A stretch of 64,000 nucleotides of DNA from positions 1,816 through 65,815 of IMG/VR virus record IMGVR_UViG_3300044679_000013. One strand, given 5' to 3'. This document shows, piece by piece, positions 1-8,234 of the stretch; within the stretch, counting starts at the first letter, position 1, and each line of letters opens with the position of its first letter. Position numbers and translations under genes: made by a program. The stretch comes from a virus (lineage: Duplodnaviria; Caudoviricetes). The notes under the pieces were generated by a model. That model saw nothing but the letters and a program-made list of their open reading frames with translations. It was not told where the DNA came from and searched no databases.

Positions 1-1
1 T

Positions 2-349
2 TTCGCTGCCTGCGCTGCCGATATGCCTATTCCAGAAGTCACGGCTATTTTGCGATCTCTACGCTTGAATGGACATACGGTTGTCCTCTCATCAGGGCGG
101 AGCGATGCTGTACGCGTTCAGACGCAGAAATGGATGCGTGACCTGAAAATCGAATTCAGCGGATTGTACATGCGAAAGGCGGGCGACCACCGCGAGGATT
201 GCGTGGTCAAAGCCGAATTGCTGGAGCAAATCCTGCTGGACTGGAGCAATCAAGATATTGGAGGAGTGTTCGAGGATCGCCAGCAAGTCGTGGATATGTA
301 CCGCGCTAAAGGACTCAGGGTGTTCCAAGTTGCGAAAGGTGATTTCTGA
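2..349 (+). CDS. HAD-family phosphatase (polynucleotide kinase/3'-phosphatase C-terminal type), 5'-truncated by window edge
   Basis: SGR...LYMR..GD.R.D..VK.E...VFEDR.QVV.M.R..GL.VFQVA.GDF motif of T4 PseT-like phosphatase domains; frame is open back to position 2. Confidence 0.8.
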   Translation, partial: FAACAADMPIPEVTAILRSLRLNGHTVVLSSGRSDAVRVQTQKWMRDLKIEFSGLYMRKAGDHREDCVVKAELLEQILLDWSNQDIGGVFEDRQQVVDMYRAKGLRVFQVAKGDF

Positions 350-350
350 G

Positions 351-755
351 ATGATCCGCCAACGGAAGCCCATCGCGAGAAGTCTTAAGCCTATCCGTAA
401 GCGTAGAAAGGCCAAGAAATCGAGTCTGCGCTATGAAGTCATTGACGGTAAATATCGGAAGTATCCCGATGGGCGATTGGTCGCGCAGAACACGCCGAAG
501 GGCGAACTATGGTACTGGGAGCAAACGGTTTTGATGGCAGATCGCCAAAAGTGGATATGCGGCATCTGCCAAAGTCCGGTCAGAATGCACTACTGGACGC
601 GAGATGGCGCCACGTTTCAACACGGCGATGGGCGAGGCATGGGCGGAGCACGAAGGAATGACGACATTAACGCGGCAGGAAATTGCGCTGCTCACTGGGA
701 CTGCAATTCAGAACTTGGAAGTAAACGACTTCAACTCACAAAGGAGACTCAATGA
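351..755 (+). CDS. HNH endonuclease-like protein
   Basis: CGIC...H...GMGG.R.D......AAHWDCN motif; ATG at 351 right after the upstream stop is a likelier start than 258. Confidence 0.7.
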   Translation: MIRQRKPIARSLKPIRKRRKAKKSSLRYEVIDGKYRKYPDGRLVAQNTPKGELWYWEQTVLMADRQKWICGICQSPVRMHYWTRDGATFQHGDGRGMGGARRNDDINAAGNCAAHWDCNSELGSKRLQLTKETQ

Positions 756-1099
756 AACTGAATAAGCTCTATCTCGGACTCGTCGCGCTAATCCTGATCG
801 GCGGCGGGGCAGGATTTTATTACCACACTCATTCGGCGGCTCCAGCTTATCACTGCCTAGCTGGACCAAACGAACAATGCGCTACTGAGGAGTGGTACTC
901 AGAACTCCAAGACCTGCAAGCACTGAATAAGAAATACTCTCCGCCTGCCGACGTTCAAAAGCAGATGAAAGAAAAACTAGCTTTACTTCAAAGCACCGTC
1001 CCAGCGGGATATGACTGGAACGATCAGAAGAAAGTATTTGTGAAGAGAGCTGCGCCGCCATCTTTAACTCAGCCAGTTCCTTCTCAGCCAGCGAAATAG
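752..1099 (+). CDS. membrane-anchored hypothetical protein
   Basis: N-terminal hydrophobic helix LYLGLVALILIGGGAGFY; ATGA overlap with upstream gene. Confidence 0.65.
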   Translation: MKLNKLYLGLVALILIGGGAGFYYHTHSAAPAYHCLAGPNEQCATEEWYSELQDLQALNKKYSPPADVQKQMKEKLALLQSTVPAGYDWNDQKKVFVKRAAPPSLTQPVPSQPAK

Positions 1100-1107
1100 G
1101 AGCCAAA

Positions 1108-1272
1108 ATGAGTGAGCGGGAAAAAACTGCTGCGATGCTGTTAGTTGCTTGGGGTTATGGCGGATTGGCCGCGCTATTTGTGGCCCTACACGCTTTTGTT
1201 CCGTTCACATTCGTTTGCTTTAGTGGGCTAATTTTAGGCATGTGGATCGCCGCTCGAAAGACAAAGGACTGA
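1108..1272 (+). CDS. small 2-TM membrane protein (54 aa, below ORF-track cut-off)
   Basis: AGGAG RBS; MSEREKTAAMLLVAWGYGGLAALFVALHAFVPFTFVCFSGLILGMWIAARKTKD fills the gap between neighbours. Confidence 0.6.
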   Translation: MSEREKTAAMLLVAWGYGGLAALFVALHAFVPFTFVCFSGLILGMWIAARKTKD

Positions 1273-1273
1273 C

Positions 1274-1612
1274 ATGAGAACTCTTTACTTACTTTTCTTC
1301 TCTCTGTTACTGGTGGGATGTGGGAGAACGAAGCCGAAGCCTCAGAAGAATGGGGTTGCTGGTTACGCTACAGGTAATGAATGGATTTTAGTCAACCCAG
1401 TTCCGGCTGGCGAGTCTGGCTATCGGCATCTCATGGGACTCCTCGACAAACACTGCAAGCTCAATACATGTGAGCGACTGATCGACAACTCAACCTGCTA
1501 CACGATAAAGGGAGTGCCCAGCCCGCCTCCTCCTATCTGTGCGGCGACCCGTGATGGTGCGGCGGAACTAACTGCCGAATGGATCGATACACATCTACCC
1601 CAAACTAACTAA
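1274..1612 (+). CDS. putative lipoprotein
   Basis: Signal with lipobox LLVG-C; paired Cys in the mature part. Confidence 0.65.
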   Translation: MRTLYLLFFSLLLVGCGRTKPKPQKNGVAGYATGNEWILVNPVPAGESGYRHLMGLLDKHCKLNTCERLIDNSTCYTIKGVPSPPPPICAATRDGAAELTAEWIDTHLPQTN

Positions 1613-1631
1613 ATGGAAAAGGAGAAATGAG

Positions 1632-1910
1632 ATGAAGAAAGCATTAGTGATTCTGGGAGCGCTCGTATTTCTTGCGGCGGGGAAGGAGCCGACTGTGCGC
1701 GTCGAGAATTCGGGAATGCTGTTTATTGGCAGCACGAAGATAACGCTTCCACCCAACCTTGCGGTCTTTCAGGATTCCAAGACTGGCGACGTTAACCTGC
1801 AATTTGTGCCTGGCGGTCAATGCAACAAAGATACAGAAAAAATGATTGGCATTGATTGGGCGGGTAGGCCGATCTGCGTTCCCGAAGGCACGGCAGCCTT
1901 TACCAAGTAA
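1632..1910 (+). CDS. secreted hypothetical protein
   Basis: MKKALVILGALVFLAAG signal peptide; AAGGAG RBS. Confidence 0.65.
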   Translation: MKKALVILGALVFLAAGKEPTVRVENSGMLFIGSTKITLPPNLAVFQDSKTGDVNLQFVPGGQCNKDTEKMIGIDWAGRPICVPEGTAAFTK

Positions 1911-1950
1911 CTCGGAGATTTTGAAAGTAATCCATTAAAGGAGAAACAAA

Positions 1951-2604
1951 TTGAAACAAATCTGTCAGAATGTCAACTGGAAGCGTTTTATCCGCATCTT
2001 TGCCGTATTGGCAATGGCGGAAAGCTGTCTCCTTCTCGCTGGCTGCACTTCGGCCTGGATCGGCGCCGTCAGTGGGCTACTCCCTGGCGTATTAGGTGTT
2101 GTCGATGCTGTTGTAGCCTTCGTTGGCTCACTTGAAGGGAAAACAGTTTCCCCAGCAACTTATTCCACCATCCAGAAATGGCAGCAGAACATTGCCACGG
2201 AAATCGCCAACGCTCAAACCATTATTGCCTCCATCAAGCAGCAGGCGACGGCTGGATTGCTGACACAATTCCAAACGGCCATGCAGGCTGTCGTCCAGCA
2301 ATTCAACAGCATTCTCAGCGGTGTAGACGTGACCGACTCGGCAACTGTGGCTAAACTGACTCAGTTCTTGGCCCTCGGAGTTGCAGCAGTGCAGGCTGTT
2401 CTCGCTCTGGTCCCGATGGCTGCGGCCAAACTGGCTGCCCACGCTTCCGACGAAGAAATGCAGCACTACGATAAACTGGCGGCCAAGAGCACAGAGAACG
2501 CCGTAAAGGTTATGAAAGAAACCTACGCGGACATCGTTTCCGAGCATACGGCCAGTGCAGACGTGAATGCAGCGTTAGACGCTTTGCCTAAAAAGCTGGC
2601 GTAA
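1951..2604 (+). CDS. lipoprotein-like membrane protein
   Basis: AAGGAG RBS before TTG; LLLAG-C lipobox-like motif; amphipathic and hydrophobic helices. Confidence 0.65.
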   Translation: MKQICQNVNWKRFIRIFAVLAMAESCLLLAGCTSAWIGAVSGLLPGVLGVVDAVVAFVGSLEGKTVSPATYSTIQKWQQNIATEIANAQTIIASIKQQATAGLLTQFQTAMQAVVQQFNSILSGVDVTDSATVAKLTQFLALGVAAVQAVLALVPMAAAKLAAHASDEEMQHYDKLAAKSTENAVKVMKETYADIVSEHTASADVNAALDALPKKLA

Positions 2605-2963
2605 AAAGTTCGGTGCGGCGACGGTTTCACCCACAACCGGAGAGTAAAAGGGAATTGCCGGGTACTCTGATCGCCGCCGATAAGAGCGTGGAATATTCGC
2701 CGCACCGATTCAATTGGCACTATGCTCCTGTGCATGGTCCGATTTCTGGCGGTGATCGACCATATCAACGTTGGTGCCAATGGTGCGGAATGCGAGAAAG
2801 TTACCGTTACGATCCGCGCAAACCATTGAGCGGTCCGTTGAGTGTCAAGTAATTTATATTTCCTTTGCCTGCAACACGACATTGCTCGTAACCGCATGAA
2901 CATTGGCTAAAACCATGATTCGGAAAAATTCGGATGAGAAAATAGATGCAGGAGGAAATACAA

Positions 2964-3071
2964 ATGCGCGACATGACAAAACGACAATTCCGAGAGGCGC
3001 TGAAGCGGCATAGCATGGTCGAGGCCGGATTCATGGGCTACGTCAATGTCAATGTTCCCGGCCACCAATGA
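2964..3071 (+). pseudogene. short ORF with strong RBS, probable truncated gene remnant
   Basis: AGGAGG RBS then 35 aa (MRDMTKRQFREALKRHSMVEAGFMGYVNVNVPGHQ). Confidence 0.3.
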
Positions 3072-3080
3072 GGAACAACC

Positions 3081-3308
3081 ATGACTACAATCCATAATGA
3101 GGACTTCTCTCCAGCCTTGCGCCGACTCATGGAAGGGAAGGGACAGTCTAGCCCAACTACGGTTCTATGCGTCCAGCCAATTAATAGAGGAGCCGCTTTG
3201 TGTTATGAGGAACTGAGCGAGAAGGGTGTATGTCCGGTACATGGGCGGCAATGGAAGTACGTTGGAGCAGTCAGAAGGAGAAAACTTAGGGGGCTGACAC
3301 ATGGATAA
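3081..3308 (+). CDS. hypothetical protein, possible Zn-binding
   Basis: GAGGA RBS; C..C..CPVHG motif. Confidence 0.55.
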   Translation: MTTIHNEDFSPALRRLMEGKGQSSPTTVLCVQPINRGAALCYEELSEKGVCPVHGRQWKYVGAVRRRKLRGLTHG

Positions 3309-3323
3309 CGATACCGCTGGTCA
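3295..3323 (+). repeat. 11-7-11 palindromic gene-boundary site, copy 1 (degenerate left arm)
   Basis: TGACACATGGA-TAACGAT-ACCGCTGGTCA. Confidence 0.7.
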
Positions 3324-3362
3324 TTGCGAAAAAGTAGGCTAGTTTTTCTAAACGGAGGAAGC

Positions 3363-3632
3363 ATGGCAGAACGCGAATTGCAGTCTGTTCAGTATTGGCT
3401 TGCCGAGTTAGACCAGTACGGCAACCCTACGTTAATTGATGGAGCGCATTCGGACGCACAAGGCGCTAACCGCGCCGCATATCTCATTACGGCAATGCGA
3501 CTAGGGAAGCCTGACCGGGCCTTTGCCGTGGCGAAAGTGGAACTGTACACGTGCAAACCAAGCGCGGCGGGCGTAAATCTCGAAGCAGTCCGAACCATCA
3601 ATCAAGCTAAGGGCCGTTACGCAGGCAAGTGA
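3363..3632 (+). CDS. hypothetical protein
   Basis: GGAGG RBS before ATG 3363; stop TGA is the first triplet of site copy 2. Confidence 0.65.
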   Translation: MAERELQSVQYWLAELDQYGNPTLIDGAHSDAQGANRAAYLITAMRLGKPDRAFAVAKVELYTCKPSAAGVNLEAVRTINQAKGRYAGK

Positions 3633-3658
3633 CCAGCGGTTCACAAGACCGCTGGTCA
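3630..3658 (+). repeat. 11-7-11 palindromic site, copy 2 (perfect arms)
   Basis: TGACCAGCGGT-TCACAAG-ACCGCTGGTCA, followed by AAGGA and ATG. Confidence 0.9.
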
Positions 3659-3670
3659 AAAAGGAAAGTT

Positions 3671-3913
3671 ATGGAACTCCACGTCACGCCCGACGAATTC
3701 AGTAGATTAAAGGATTGGTCATTGCTTCACGAGTCCGAGTTTTTGGGCAAAGTCTATTCTCGCTGGCCGTGGCTTCGCGATAATCCGATCGGGGCAACGG
3801 TTCAAATCATTGTGGATTGGCGTCGCCCACAACCGAAGCGTGTATTCGACAACTGGCCGGATGGCTCCATTGTCACCCCTCGCAAGAACGGGGATGGGAC
3901 ATGGCGCTACTGA
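3671..3913 (+). CDS. hypothetical protein
   Basis: AAGGA RBS after the site; ATG 3671. Confidence 0.55.
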   Translation: MELHVTPDEFSRLKDWSLLHESEFLGKVYSRWPWLRDNPIGATVQIIVDWRRPQPKRVFDNWPDGSIVTPRKNGDGTWRY

Positions 3914-3931
3914 TCCAAAAGGGAGAGATTA

Positions 3932-4222
3932 ATGCGAAACACAGGACGAACTTCCGCCATGCTTCACCGAGCAGTAGCGGCGGCGTTGGAAGGTAAGCGC
4001 GTGATGGTGGTTGCAGCAACTTGGGATCAGGCCAAGCAGATGTATGAACGAGTTGCAAACATGCAAACCCCCAAAGACGCCCACAGAGTAAAGTTGACAC
4101 TCGATTACGGAGAAACAGGGCGTTTAGTATTCGTCGCAGATTCCCGCTGGCGAGACCATGAGCGCGGTTGGGCGGGAGACATTGTAGTAGATCACTACGC
4201 TTTCGAAAATAGCTGGCGCTGA
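3932..4222 (+). CDS. small P-loop-like protein
   Basis: RNTGRT motif, hydrophobic strand VMVVA, terminal IVVDH; resembles a helicase/terminase ATPase fragment. Confidence 0.5.
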   Translation: MRNTGRTSAMLHRAVAAALEGKRVMVVAATWDQAKQMYERVANMQTPKDAHRVKLTLDYGETGRLVFVADSRWRDHERGWAGDIVVDHYAFENSWR

Positions 4223-4248
4223 CGCGCGGTTAACGAGACCGCTGGTCA
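4220..4248 (+). repeat. 11-7-11 palindromic site, copy 3
   Basis: TGACGCGCGGT-TAACGAG-ACCGCTGGTCA followed by AAGGAGG and ATG 4259. Confidence 0.9.
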
Positions 4249-4258
4249 AAGGAGGATT

Positions 4259-4621
4259 ATGGGCTACACGTTGCTATCTGAGACGCGACCGAAGGCACGC
4301 AAGGACCACCGCTGCATTTGGTGCGGTCAGAAGATAGTGAAAGGGGAGCACTACGTTGCTGAGCGTTCCGTGTTCGATGGTGATATGCAGAACCACCACT
4401 GGCACAATGAGTGCTTGTCGGACGCCAGAAGTACCCAAGAAGATTATGAACGGATTTTTGTCTACGAAGCATCGCACGAAATAGTTCAACGAGGAGATGG
4501 TGGTTATGCAAATGAAGCTAAGGAAGTTTCGCCTATTCGCGGACGATGGCAGTACATCCATCAATATCAGTGTGACGGTCATGCCCAACGAAGGTTACGC
4601 TCTCGAAGAGCACGAACTTGA
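4259..4621 (+). CDS. Zn-finger hypothetical protein
   Basis: ARK.H.C..C...I..GE.Y...H..C motif common in phage accessory proteins. Confidence 0.65.
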   Translation: MGYTLLSETRPKARKDHRCIWCGQKIVKGEHYVAERSVFDGDMQNHHWHNECLSDARSTQEDYERIFVYEASHEIVQRGDGGYANEAKEVSPIRGRWQYIHQYQCDGHAQRRLRSRRART

Positions 4622-4751
4622 TCAGTTTGCAAAGGTAACTGCGCGGCGCATCGCGGAAGTGCTTCCCGGTTTGCCATTTTCAGACTTTGGCATCGAAAAT
4701 ACGCGCATTGAACCTGCCGCGACCAAGCAAGCCGTGTCACCTAGAAAATAA
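4497..4751 (+). CDS. hypothetical protein (start uncertain, overlaps upstream gene)
   Basis: Protein-like composition; GGAG upstream of alternative ATGs. Confidence 0.45.
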   Translation: MVVMQMKLRKFRLFADDGSTSINISVTVMPNEGYALEEHELDQFAKVTARRIAEVLPGLPFSDFGIENTRIEPAATKQAVSPRK

Positions 4752-4775
4752 TGGGTCCGAGGAGGGCAAGAAGAG

Positions 4776-5009
4776 ATGACCACGATTAAGTATCATCCTG
4801 ATCCCGAAATCAACGAACAGGTAGTCAAGGATGCGGTAGCGGCGGAAGTATCCGATTTAGCTGCCGGGTTCCCGCCAAGGCGATGGATTTGCCAGTGCGG
4901 AGCCAGTCACTCTCGCGGATGGTTTATGTCGGAGGGCGTGCACCGATGCTTAAAATGCGGCTACGTCGGCGAAGGCGGAGTGATGGTTGACGCCGGGGAG
5001 CGCCCGTGA
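4776..5009 (+). CDS. Zn-ribbon hypothetical protein
   Basis: CQC and CLKC motifs; GGAGG upstream. Confidence 0.6.
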   Translation: MTTIKYHPDPEINEQVVKDAVAAEVSDLAAGFPPRRWICQCGASHSRGWFMSEGVHRCLKCGYVGEGGVMVDAGERP

Positions 5010-5012
5010 ATA

Positions 5013-5424
5013 GGAAGGGAGACTGAGATGAGCTACCTAGAAGAGAACGGCCGCGCCATTCACATTCGAGCACAACGGGCTGGCGAAAAACCGGTTTATC
5101 GAAAGGTGTTTCTGATAGAGGAATTTCTTGACACTTCAACGCGCTGGACCTTTGACCCTACCTCGCACCCGTATGAATCTCGCGGCGAAGCAGAGAGGCG
5201 CAGGCAGCATCTCCAGAACGAGTATCCGTGGGCCGCATTCCGCGTCGTCTCGGGCGAGGTTAGCCACAAGAAAACGCCGGGCGGAACATACGGAAGAAGG
5301 CGTCGCAGGGTCCCAGAATGTATCGCGTGCGGACAACCTCTGGCGGAGCATTCCAAAGAACAAAACGAACACTGTGCAGGCGCGTCTAGGAAGGGATAGA
5401 GACTCGGAAGGGAGACTGAGATGA
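5013..5424 (+). repeat. 19-bp direct repeat GGAAGGGAGACTGAGATGA (5013-5031 and 5406-5424) bracketing gene 5028-5399
   Basis: Exact match read from sequence; includes RBS and ATG. Confidence 0.85.
5028..5399 (+). CDS. hypothetical protein with C-terminal CxxC-H-C motif
   Basis: RBS within the repeat; CIAC...EH...HC. Confidence 0.6.
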   Translation: MSYLEENGRAIHIRAQRAGEKPVYRKVFLIEEFLDTSTRWTFDPTSHPYESRGEAERRRQHLQNEYPWAAFRVVSGEVSHKKTPGGTYGRRRRRVPECIACGQPLAEHSKEQNEHCAGASRKG

Positions 5425-5618
5425 CAACTTGGAACCATATGATCTGTCCGAGATGTGGACACGACTTTTATGTGGATGCCGCCTACGGTCGTTGCGATGC
5501 CTGCCAGTGTACGTTTTACGCTGGGCAATCTGCGACTTCCATGAGGCGCACGCCTGCACCTGTCAATTCATTCAAGATCACGGCACCTAATGCAAAGAAC
5601 TGGTATTACACAGGATAA
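5421..5618 (+). CDS. small Zn-ribbon protein
   Basis: CPRC and CDAC motifs; RBS within the repeat. Confidence 0.6.
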   Translation: MTTWNHMICPRCGHDFYVDAAYGRCDACQCTFYAGQSATSMRRTPAPVNSFKITAPNAKNWYYTG

Positions 5619-5632
5619 TCGTGGCTGCTCCC

Positions 5633-5941
5633 TCGGATCGGCCCACGGACAAATAATTCAATGGCTAAGAATCCTCCCAAATTTCGCGTCGGCCAGGTGG
5701 TCAGTGTCAAATCCTTCTATGGAAATTTCACACCGGGGAAAACTGGGCCTGGATTTAAGGGTAAGCGCGGTTGGCGGCATGGATTCCAGTTCGGGAAGAT
5801 CGTAAAAATCTCGCCGACACCGAATAGGCCGCCATTCAGGCTAAGTGCTCCACACTGTTACTTTTTAGATGGCTGGATGTCGGCTCAGACGGAGGATGAT
5901 CTTAGAGCGTTAACGAGGAAAGAATCGGATCGGCCCACGGA
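5633..5941 (+). repeat. 17-bp direct repeat TCGGATCGGCCCACGGA (5633-5649 and 5925-5941) bracketing gene 5661-5951
   Basis: Exact match read from sequence. Confidence 0.85.
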
Positions 5942-5951
5942 GGAAAAATGA
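5661..5951 (+). CDS. SH3-like small beta protein
   Basis: PKFRVGQVV start and EDDLR.LT end typical of phage SH3/KOW-like proteins. Confidence 0.55.
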   Translation: MAKNPPKFRVGQVVSVKSFYGNFTPGKTGPGFKGKRGWRHGFQFGKIVKISPTPNRPPFRLSAPHCYFLDGWMSAQTEDDLRALTRKESDRPTEEK

Positions 5952-6217
5952 GCGTTGCACTGAGAACGATTTGCGTGCTTCTGTTGGCGGCGGTTGCGGC
6001 AAGAGAATACGTGCACCATCTCCCAAAGCAGCCGGAGGATATTCATGTGACTTCGGTTCAGGATGCCTACGGTCACGGATACTCGATTGTTTACAGCACG
6101 CCTCACAAACAGATTTTCGCCGCGACTGACGGTGACCAGCGGATTGAGGTATGCGTGGAGTGGCACAAGGGCGAAACTCTGGACAATCAGACGTGTAAAT
6201 TCGAGGACCCTCAATGA
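5948..6217 (+). CDS. secreted hypothetical protein
   Basis: Signal-like ALRTICVLLLAAVAA; GGAGG RBS; ATGA overlap. Confidence 0.6.
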   Translation: MSVALRTICVLLLAAVAAREYVHHLPKQPEDIHVTSVQDAYGHGYSIVYSTPHKQIFAATDGDQRIEVCVEWHKGETLDNQTCKFEDPQ

Positions 6218-6324
6218 CTCCATCCAGGATTCAGCGCAATAGGAGGAAGAGATGAGCGGACAGGTATTCATACTGTGGATCGTTTTGGTGGTCATCCTAA
6301 TAGCGGCGCTATCGAGAGGGGCTG

Positions 6325-6621
6325 ATGGCAGAGGATAAGCAGAGCACGCCGCGCAACGTTAGCACAATAGACTTACTGAAACACTTGTGCGCACTGCCGG
6401 ACTTTCGGCCTAAACGAGAACTCATCGGATGCCCACGCTGCGGCAGCAAATTACGCGCCTTCCGAGAGCAGCAGTGTTATGAATCGCCGCACAAATGGCA
6501 CTATGAGAGACCGGGGCGGAAGGCACGTCGCAAATGGTCACGTCCAGCAGCAATGCCGATGAACCGTCTGAACTCGGGGAACCCCAACTACACGCCGTAC
6601 CAAACAGGAGAATCGAAATGA
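6325..6621 (+). CDS. hypothetical protein (CPRC...C...H)
   Basis: Zn-ligand pattern; ATGA overlap with next gene. Confidence 0.55.
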   Translation: MAEDKQSTPRNVSTIDLLKHLCALPDFRPKRELIGCPRCGSKLRAFREQQCYESPHKWHYERPGRKARRKWSRPAAMPMNRLNSGNPNYTPYQTGESK

Positions 6622-7052
6622 CGAAAGAAGAACTGGCAGCCCGGTTGAACGGTCGGCAGTATCAAGAGGAAATCCGCGAAGACGAAGAGTTGATTGCCAA
6701 GCGGGAAGGTTTGCTCGTGATCTTTGGAGCGTCGGACGATCTGTGCGAGTTGCGGGGAGCGATTAACGATGAGGTCTCGGCGTGGCAAGGCGCGGATATC
6801 CACATCAGCAAGGGCGGCCAACTACTCGCAACTATCGAGAAAGATGAAGCCGAAGTGCTGAAGAAATATGGAGTCCTGAAAGTCGTGGAAGACGCACAAA
6901 AAGCGGCTACGAAGGTAACGGCGCAATGGTGCAAAACGAAGGATTTTTCGTGGACCTTGGAAACTTCCGCGCCGCACGCAACTTTCGACATCATGGAAGA
7001 CGAGGACGGCTACTGTCGCGGCGTCGTATTGGATTTGAAAGAATTACAGTAG
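6618..7052 (+). CDS. conserved phage hypothetical protein
   Basis: AGGAG RBS; LNGR.Y...LLVIFGASDDL.E.RGAI.DE...W....T..PHATF.I.ED...YCRG.V pattern of a widespread phage family. Confidence 0.75.
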   Translation: MTKEELAARLNGRQYQEEIREDEELIAKREGLLVIFGASDDLCELRGAINDEVSAWQGADIHISKGGQLLATIEKDEAEVLKKYGVLKVVEDAQKAATKVTAQWCKTKDFSWTLETSAPHATFDIMEDEDGYCRGVVLDLKELQ

Positions 7053-7166
7053 CCACGGAGACAGGTGACGGTAGGTAGGTCCCTGTCCCAAAGCTGCCAG
7101 ACGCGGAGACGTGCTTCGTAGAATAGAAAGGATTTTGAGAGCCAAGCGCAGGCCAGGAGGAATGAG

Positions 7167-7334
7167 ATGCTCAAGCTTATTGCGGGTTTCGTACTCGGTA
7201 TAACCCTAGGTTCGCGTATACCCGTTAACTTTCAGGCGCCATGGATTAGCGTGGTTGTCGCCGCATGTTCCGTAGGCATTCTCATTGGCGGGGCTGTCTC
7301 CAATCCAGGGAGTGCCGAGGAGCCAAGGAAATGA
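7167..7334 (+). CDS. small 2-TM membrane protein (55 aa, below cut-off)
   Basis: AGGAGG RBS; MLKLIAGFVLGITLGS...WISVVVAACSVGILIGGAV. Confidence 0.6.
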   Translation: MLKLIAGFVLGITLGSRIPVNFQAPWISVVVAACSVGILIGGAVSNPGSAEEPRK

Positions 7335-7504
7335 TGCCCAACTCAATCGAGGACGTTCCGATGGTCTGCGACATTTGCGGCTCAACCTTCCGGCTTGGCG
7401 ACTGTGAAGCGAAAGACGCTTACGAGCACGACGGACCCTATGAAGGTGAGATTGGCTGCCCTGTCGCGGATTGCGGCGGAACGATGCGCGAATTCGGACG
7501 ATAA
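7331..7504 (+). CDS. small Zn-ribbon protein
   Basis: CDIC and CPVADC motifs; ATGA overlap. Confidence 0.55.
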   Translation: MMPNSIEDVPMVCDICGSTFRLGDCEAKDAYEHDGPYEGEIGCPVADCGGTMREFGR

Positions 7505-7625
7505 ACGGAGGGCTGAATGAAACGACTATTTTACTAGAGTCTAAAGTCCTCTTGCGGTTCTGCCCATTTCAGAGTAAACCTTACGGTGTTTTTGGGCACC
7601 TAACCTCAGTTGAAAAGAGGCCCCA

Positions 7626-8234
7626 ATGCGCCGACTCTTGCTAGCCTTTCTCGTTCTCGCCAGCCCAGTTTTTGCCGACTCCATCCCGCAGCCAGTGACA
7701 AACCTGCCCATGACAGGAATGGAGGTCTTGGGATTCTTTAACTCTTCTACCAACTACGATTTGGGAGTAACGAATATTCCTCAAGGGACTACCATCTGCG
7801 GGGGGATTTGCGTATCCCTAGAGATGCAGGATGGAGTCACCACGGGTAGTTCCTCCCCTGCTGGGGAATTGAACTCTGCCTGGGTCTACGATTTCGGCCC
7901 TAATGGGTCCATAATGTTTGGCCATCTCGGAAAAGTCTCACTCATTGGCGATGAACTGACAGCCATTTTTAGCGGCAAGGAAGGTATAACATCTGGAGGT
8001 ATTCGGTCGTGGTATACCGTTCAGGGAACATATTCCGACAATATCTCCGGGTTATTAAAGGGAACAATTACCTACGGGACTGGGGGGATCGTCCTGAACC
8101 GAGAGCAGTATATTGGCACATCCCCAGTGCCAGAACCGGGAACGCTGGTTTTGCTTGGGACTGGGCTGCTGTTAGTCTACTTTGGCTTCTACAATGTTAC
8201 TCGGAGCCGTAAGCACCTTTTTCCCCGCCACTAA
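7626..8234 (+). CDS. PEP-CTERM sorting-domain protein
   Basis: Signal peptide MRRLLLAFLVLASPVFA-DSI; C-terminal VPEPGTLVLLGTGLLLV followed by basic residues. Confidence 0.85.
   Translation: MRRLLLAFLVLASPVFADSIPQPVTNLPMTGMEVLGFFNSSTNYDLGVTNIPQGTTICGGICVSLEMQDGVTTGSSSPAGELNSAWVYDFGPNGSIMFGHLGKVSLIGDELTAIFSGKEGITSGGIRSWYTVQGTYSDNISGLLKGTITYGTGGIVLNREQYIGTSPVPEPGTLVLLGTGLLLVYFGFYNVTRSRKHLFPRH

Noticed and set aside
3630-3658. 11-7-11 site as a chromosomal dif, integron attC or intrinsic terminator
   Set aside because: It does not match the canonical XerC/XerD arms or 6-bp spacer, is much shorter than attC and lacks its R/L box layout, and has no U tract.
7067-7095. TGACGGTAGGT half-site resembling a left arm of the 11-7-11 site
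   Set aside because: There is no matching spacer or right arm.
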